DNA of 63,296 nucleotides, counting the filler, from Atractiella rhizophila (taxonomy: Eukaryota): NCBI GenBank assembly GCA_021432655.1. It is 6 parts of 5 records of this genome, joined end to end, with 100 filler letters (N's around TTAATTAATTAA, not from the genome) between each part and the next. Parts side by side here need not be neighbours in the genome. Positions count along the whole stretch, not along the records: positions 56,932 to 63,296 come from MU271248.1; 5 more parts are not named here. The stretch is one strand, 5' to 3'. The position numbers were made by a program, and so were the translations under genes. The notes below the pieces were generated by a model. It worked only from the letters and a program-made list of their open reading frames with translations. It did no database searches and was not told where the DNA came from. Below are positions 56,932-63,296 of the stretch, piece after piece (positions within the stretch are counted from its first letter, which is position 1; each line of letters starts with the position of its first letter).

Positions 56932-57543
56932 AAAGCACGCACATTCGACAAACCTCCTCTAGACTACCCAGAACTTCTATCCTTGCTTCTCTCGCGTCCC
57001 GTCTCACTGGCTCCTTCAGCTCGATGAACGGCACGACTGGCTTCGGATCGGGCACAGCCGGAGACGGTGGGAGATCGTCAAAGTCGTCCAACGGGGAGAG
57101 GTAAGACGAAGGTTGGGCTCCTGGGAGAGCCAGGACAAGGGGAGAGCGGGAGAACTTCTTGCCCGCCACTCTATTCCTTTATTACCGATTGCTTCCATTG
57201 CTGAAACGAGAAGATGAACGAACCGTTCTGGGTTTGCGAGTCCATTTTTCACATAGAACTAACGTTCGATCATCAATCGGACGCAATGATGGTATCAAGG
57301 AGCACAAACGTGTTGCAAGTGCTGCAACATCGATCAGTCAGCGTCAACACTTCCCCATGAAATCATAAAAAAGATACACACAGCGATAGACCCCAGTGCC
57401 ATTACAGAGCTTCGCTTAGCTGCGCTCTTGGAGAATGGCTTTGCAGAATTAGAGGCATAGTATCTATTGGCGGCTGAGGAAGTAGGGCGGGTTGGGGCAG
57501 TGGGGGATGGCGGGGACGAGGGGAAGAGATGGGAGTTGGACAT
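56932..57543 (-). CDS. Conserved fungal hypothetical protein, 5' part (3' in gap)
   Basis: KPFSKSAAKRSSVMALGSIA-HLQH motif that I recall from fungal hypothetical proteins; Pro-rich DLPPSP segment. Confidence 0.6.
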
Positions 57544-57737
57544 CTGTAAAGTGGAATGAAGTGAACTAAGTGTGCCTGTGCTGGGAATCTGTGCGAATAT
57601 GCTGGAAGCAGCCCATGGAAGATATCGCCGAAATCGGAGTAGAAAGAAGCAAGGCTTCTTATGAGTCATTATAGCCACATTCAAGTGCAACCTACTACTC
57701 ACCAAATTTCAGCAGCTCCTAGGCATAGTGCTTGAAT

Positions 57738-58723
57738 ATGGGTAGGGACACTGTGAAGCCATCACAATATAAAGGTTTGTCGCTTGAGTTGACGCGCAAC
57801 TTGAAGCTGACCATCACATATCACAGGCATGGTCTACGTTGACCAGAAGCCTAAATTCCTTCAGAACGCCGTCGCAGCATTACGTGGAAGCAGGAGAGAT
57901 TACGACGACGAAGAGGAGTATTATGAGGAAGACGACCAAAGCGGACGGGAGAGAGAGGAACGTCCCGAATTGTGCATCGTTTTCTCACTGCCTGATCTCA
58001 TTCTGAACTGACCGACCCCTCTGAAATGAAACGCAGCGAAGTGCTCGATCCCTCACGTCCCGCGATACCAACACGACCGGATGACGACCCGTATCGAGAT
58101 GAGGATGAAGAGGACCGTCGTCCACGGGGGAAGCGGAAAGCAGGCAGTGACGAGGAGGATGAGGATGAGATGCCGCAGATCGTGGTGTTGAAGGAGGGGA
58201 AGCATTTGACGAAGGAGGAGGTCATGGCTGAGAAATCTCAGGGTGCTCAAGGTACGTTTTACACTTACGTTTAGACAAGCACAAACAACCGTTTGATGAT
58301 GATGCAGAGGCTACTAAGAAAACCAAGTCCAAAGGATCGCTTAACTTTTCCTCTTCTTCGAAGAAGCATGTCGAAACCTCGGAACCGCTGTCGATGCTGC
58401 AAAAGAAGCGAAAGGCAATTGCTCTTCAAGGAGATGAGGAGGAGGAGGAGGAGGAAGAAGACTGGAAGGATTACACGAAGCGGAAACGGATGGAGGTCGG
58501 CTCGTCATTGAAATCGACGGCCAAAACAGCACCGGAATCCACCACGTCAGGCCCCAGCAAACCGGAAGAATCTTTACCTTTGCCACTGGAGAAGAAGGAA
58601 GAGAAGGCGGCTCCAGCGAAGAACAAGACTCCGACTGGCAGTGAAAAAGGGAAAGCGAAAACGACAAAGAAGAAACCGAAGAAGGGCGGATTGCTTTCTT
58701 TCGGTAATGATGACGACGTTTAA
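57738..58723 (+). CDS. Small charged protein, DUF4604-like
   Basis: YVDQKPKFLQ, DEMPQIVVLKEGKHLT and C-terminal KKPKKGGLLSFGNDDDV; three introns. Confidence 0.6.
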
Positions 58724-59056
58724 CATTCTCCTCTCTCACGATTTGTATCAACAACTTGCTCTGTAAACCACTCTGCGTGACTGTGCGACCTTTGCTGCTG
58801 TTGTGTTACTGATGCCGATGCCTCGGGCGGCAATGGCCGGTTGTGGAAGAAGAGAAAGTGCGAGAATGCGGCGGCCATTGCCGAGATAACTCCGACGGAA
58901 AGCCGCGAGTGAATGAAACACAGCGTCAGGGTGACGGCAAAAGCCGTAAAGCCAGATAAACAGGAACAATAAAAGGTCAAGGGTCCCCGACTTTTCAGCC
59001 ACAAAAGAACCATCAGGGTCTTCTCAGCTCAGCTGAACTCTCAAAAGCGCACCACC

Positions 59057-59527
59057 ATGTCCAACCCACCAATCGCCCTCAAGTACAACGAGAATACATA
59101 TCTCCATGTATCCTCCAATCGAAACTACCACCCCAGAGCATTCTCCGTCATTGCTGATTCCCCGGAGCCTCACGACCACGAAGACCCGCACCAAGATCAT
59201 CCATCTGCAGACATCCCTGATGACTCGAGCGTCACCGATTCTCCCAAGACCCTGAGCAGGGACCTCACCCGCTCGACACATTCCTCTACGTCCTCGAGTT
59301 CGTCGGCGCCGTCGGAGATTCTCACATACGTCGGACTCGTCGGGCAACTTGACAACGAACACCTCTATTGTCTCCCAAAGCCAACGAAGAACCCTCCGGA
59401 TGAGGAGACTCTGGATTGCAAGAAGTGGCTGGAGAGTATTCCCGGTGTCAAGAGGGTCGAGGTCATGATTCCTAGAAAGAGGCACAAGACGAGATTCGAG
59501 TGTCCTCCTGAAGATTGTCAGGGGTAA
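59057..59527 (+). CDS. Stand-alone kexin/furin prodomain-like protein (156 aa)
   Basis: Single-exon ORF; TYLHV ... YVGLVGQLDNEHLY ... LESIPGVKRVEVMIPRKRHK. Confidence 0.55.
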   Translation: MSNPPIALKYNENTYLHVSSNRNYHPRAFSVIADSPEPHDHEDPHQDHPSADIPDDSSVTDSPKTLSRDLTRSTHSSTSSSSSAPSEILTYVGLVGQLDNEHLYCLPKPTKNPPDEETLDCKKWLESIPGVKRVEVMIPRKRHKTRFECPPEDCQG

Positions 59528-60599
59528 CCAAGTTGATAGGTGCGTCCTCTTATCTTTATTCTTATCTATCATCGAATGGGGTTCTGACGAGGTTGTGGGG
59601 TTGGTTTTTAGGACGGTGTTTTTATCTGGGTCTTCGGTTTTTTCTGTCCATCTGCTTGTACTTGTATCTCTGCCTCATTTAGTCTCCTATCTTCTCGTTT
59701 CGAATTTTCTTCATGGGTGATATGATGGTCTCTTTACACGAATGCCAAAACGTTTGCTTATTGTCAGTGTCGTCCCATCATCCATGATGCAATCTAGCCA
59801 TAGATTCTTAGCCGTTACCTTATCTTGTACGTCACGGGTCGGGCCGCTTGTTTCTGCTCACTATCTTAACTCGACGACCTCCCTGAAATAATTTGCTCCT
59901 TGGGAGCAAGGAGAGGTCCGTATATGTTATCATGAAGGTAAGGAGACAAATCGTCAACACAAACAAGGCAAAGGACTCCGAAGCAAATGAAGAGAATGAA
60001 TTACATATATTTCATGCGTTTCTTAAGGTTTAAGTAGACGACAAGGTCTGAAGGATTACGGTAGTAGCATACACTATTGTAGATACGGGATCGCTAATCG
60101 CAAAGCAGTTTCAAAAATGCTAAAGAAAAGAACACAGAATCAAAATGGGAGGCACCAAATACGGTGCATAAGAAATATATCTTTGATCAACTTTCTGCAT
60201 TGAAAAGCGAAGAAAGATCGCATATTCAAACAAGGGAAGATGAGTAACACCTGGCTAAGAATTAGGCAGCAGAACGCAACGCAAGCAGAAGACGGTGTCA
60301 GCTTGATTATGATTAGGAGGTTGGTGTGGTCAAAGTACGATGAGGAAAAGCGACACGGATAAAATCGACAAACGGCACCGATCGTTGCTCTGGACAAGTT
60401 GTTGGTCGTGGTCGAATATGTTGCGAAAAAAAAACACGAAGATGGAAGTGTAATGGAGAAAGTCTGATTGTTGTTCGAATGAAGTGCCACTTCTTCTGGG
60501 ACTGACGGATCCAAACGAATCACAAATCTTATTTACGTTTTAAACAGAAGGGCGCTCAGGAAGCCGAAGTTGTAAGTACTCGAAACCATAGAGTGCCGT

Positions 60600-62274
60600 T
60601 CAAGTGCCTTTGGTGCGCGTCGAACGGTTCGTCTTCCTCTTCTTAAACATTGGTCCACCGCCTCCTTCGTCGTCCGCCCGACTAGCAGGTTTCTCTTCCT
60701 CTGACCTCACGTTCAGGTGCTGGTGAGATGCGCTAGGGCCCGGCTTCATTTGGGAGTTCAGTCTTGGGGAGTACAGAGCGAGATACGCTTGGAGACGAGC
60801 TGCTTTCAGGCACCGAAGGGTACCCAGAGTCAGAGGTGGGAGAACCGGCGGCATCCAAGTCTGGATCGTCCATATCATAATCGTTGGACTCGCCTGCCGA
60901 ATTGTCACGGAAGGAGGTGGAGACGCTCGCAGGAGTGGAGGCAGAAGCAGCGTCGAATGTGGAGGAGTCGGCCGTTTTCTTCGCTGTCTTTCGAATACGT
61001 TTCGGTTTCGGTTGGAAACGATAGTCTGTTGACAAAATCTCTCAATTAGTCTTTGCAGAATAAAGATTGAGACATACTTGGGAAAGCCTTGTTATGTTGA
61101 GCCTTTTCCACCTCCGCCTTACGCTCATATTCCTTTTTGACTTCCGGTGGCTCGTTCCTCCACATTTCTCCCAAAGCTTTGCTCAACTCGGCTTGTGGAG
61201 CTTGAGGTTTCAACTCCTTCAGCTTCTCGCTCCTATAGATGATCCATGCATTCCTCGGTCGCTTGATCTTTGGCTCTCCTTCGCTCGTCGTCGAAACCGT
61301 CCAAGAGTGACCTTCCGGTGGACCAACCTCGTCTGCGAACTGAGAATCGTTTGCGTACTGCTGATGAAGCTGATTCTGATAGACTGGTTGTCGTCCTGGA
61401 TAGTCTTGAGGTGGATGAGCGAAGTCTCTTTGAGTGAGAGGTGGTGTGTTAATGGGCGGAAGAGCTCGATGTGGGTCGACGACGTGCGTCATGGGATTGG
61501 TCCAGACAATGTTGTTCGGGGCATGATGAGAAGCAGGAAACGGGGACGGGCGACCACCGAGGCGAGCGGCGTCTCTTGTCCGAATTTGACCAGGATCGTA
61601 TATTTCTCCTTCTGGGTGTCCACGTTCCGTAAACATCGAAGAGTTCATAGGCATGTGCATGTCCTGACCGCTAGGATGGCTTCCAAACCATGCTGAAATC
61701 GACGGCAAGGATACCTTCGTGGACTGAGGTTGAACAGGCTCTTCTGAAGGCTTCGGAGGAGCAGCTGATGGGAGAACGGTCTGCCATTGGCCAATGACAC
61801 CCTCTTGGCCACCCGACGTAAAGCGTTCTCCGTCATCGTGGTATCCTAGCGAAGCGGCGGTCGAGTAGTTCGCATACGGGTCTCTTGAAGCGGCAGGTTT
61901 TGCTTTCGAAGTTCCTGCTGCAGGTGGTGGTGGAGCGTCTCCCGCAGCCTTGCGGAAACACGCCTGGTTACCCCTTCGCCCCCCAAAATGCCAGGAAAGC
62001 GTACCTGATTAATGGATGCAATAGCTCTCGCCTCATTAGCTTTCTCCCGCTCCCTATGTTCAGCCTCCTTATACTGTCTGTTCACGAAAGTCCTTTGCCT
62101 CTCTTTATGCTTGAGACCACTCTCGTGCTGCTGCCTCGACGGAGCATCGTCCCTGATGAACTGTTCGCAGAACTAGTGGGATTTTTCAGGGTAATTTCTC
62201 CAAGATCACGTAAGAAAGTGACAGTGACGCGCCTTGCACCAGTAATTGCCCTTTGAGACCCAATAATCCGTCAT
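60600..62274 (-). CDS. U1-type zinc-finger protein (WBP4/FBP21-like) with an embedded HMG box
   Basis: MTDYWVSKGNYWCK|FCEQFIRDDAPSRQQHESGLKH; DPYANYSTAASLGY; GQWQTV; HMG KIKRPRNAWIIYRS...FP(N)YRFQPK; tail PMFKKRK. Introns 62173-62232 (GC-AG), 61949-62004 and 61026-61077. Confidence 0.85.
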
Positions 62275-63074
62275 CTCAACAACTCAACATCCGTGCGCGC
62301 CCTTCAGAAAAGGACAAGGACAAAAAGTGATCAAGGCGCCCCGGCGTTTTTTATGTGCTCGACCGGAGCTGGAGACAAAAAGAAGCTCGGCCGAAAGGAA
62401 GGAGATCAAAAACATTGCAAGTCCTCATTATAACCTACATTCCTCAAATAATATCCAATCATCAGATATAGAACACCAGTGCATCCTTTCGAAATGAAAT
62501 AAAAGCGCCGTTTTCGAATCTCTCTATTCCAACTTGTCCCGATTTGCTAACTTCGACAAGAATTGCAACCATGATGTTGTGTAGTACTGAGCTGATTTTG
62601 TGAAGAGAGGTGGTATCTTCGACGAGTTTGTTAGCATCATTTTTGCTGATTTGAAAATTTGATGCGGCAAAGTATGGTGAAGATGGGCAAAAGAAAGGTG
62701 AGCCTACTATCATACGGCAACGCTCAAGTCTGTCGATATCACCGCGCTGTGTTCTTTTTACTGTCTCTTTTAGAGCTCAGCCAGTTGAATCTGACTGTTT
62801 GAACTAGAATCGCTCGAGCTTTGAGGCTGGCCGCCTGTGACAATACGGTCAAACTTGCTGATAGCCCAACCCATAAAGTCAACTCGTTTCGGAAGCATCT
62901 CGAACGATGACGTGAAATGTCGTCTCGCTCGCCGTTGACCACCTTGACCGGTTATAATTATTTGATAACGAGTCTAACGAATCTGATTGATCTATCTATT
63001 TCTTCAGAATTCAATATTCAACCACGAGCAGGTCAGAGCAGATTCAAGGCAGCTTCAGAGTATCTGTGCGCATT

Positions 63075-63296
63075 ATGACCAGCACCACGGTGAACTCCTC
63101 TCCCACAATCTTTCTCTTGAAGCCAGTGCTTCAACCGTTTCCATACGGGAAAGAAGGTGAAAAGTCGCTTGCCGCGCAGCTTGCCAAATCAGCTTTGGGT
63201 GAAGAGGTGTCCATTGATCCTAAGCAACGTACGCAGTTTCGTGTTCTTACCACGCATTATGTTGACGAGCATGGCCATTGAAGCATACGGTGAAAT
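63075..63296 (+). CDS. PMI40: Mannose-6-phosphate isomerase type I, 5' part (runs off window)
   Basis: IFLLKPVLQPFPYGKEGEKSLAAQLA...IDPKQ|PYGE matches the PMI N-terminal pattern (YxWGK...PYAELW). Confidence 0.7.

Noticed and set aside
60600..62274. HMG gene as a mating-type locus
   Set aside because: No pheromone, STE3 receptor or homeodomain genes nearby; neighbours are housekeeping genes.
62570..62650. C/D snoRNA-like ATGATG...CTGA
   Set aside because: Box C is non-canonical (TGATGT), with no clear terminal stem or guide.

Overview
Intron-rich fungal genomic DNA. It looks like a basidiomycete, inferred from ~50-nt GT-AG introns, microexons and the protein families present. Six contigs are joined by five identical artificial 100-nt spacers (N44-TTAATTAATTAA-N44), so adjacency across spacers is unproven. 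Most genes are housekeeping: Sec7/PH ARF-GEF, SFP1, GH13 alpha-glucosidase, Rds1-like ferritin, two aldo-keto reductases, DPH6, enoyl-CoA hydratase, GPN1, RluA pseudouridine synthase, carboxylesterase, PSD1, YOP1, NPY1 and PMI. An accessory zone at ~28.8-48 kb holds decayed FunK1-kinase, PD-(D/E)xK-like and F-box genes, a Ty1/copia remnant inside a segmental duplication, and a truncated RFC1-like 5' fragment. The top observation is a WBP4/FBP21-type U1 zinc-finger gene (60600-62274, minus) with a complete MATA/SOX-type HMG box embedded in frame inside it, either as a fusion protein or as an optionally spliced ~1-kb cassette. Also notable are a free-standing kexin-prodomain-like ORF and an AKR paralogue whose catalytic Tyr is replaced by Asp. 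All gene models were spliced by eye, family assignments rest on motif recognition, and no database searches were run.
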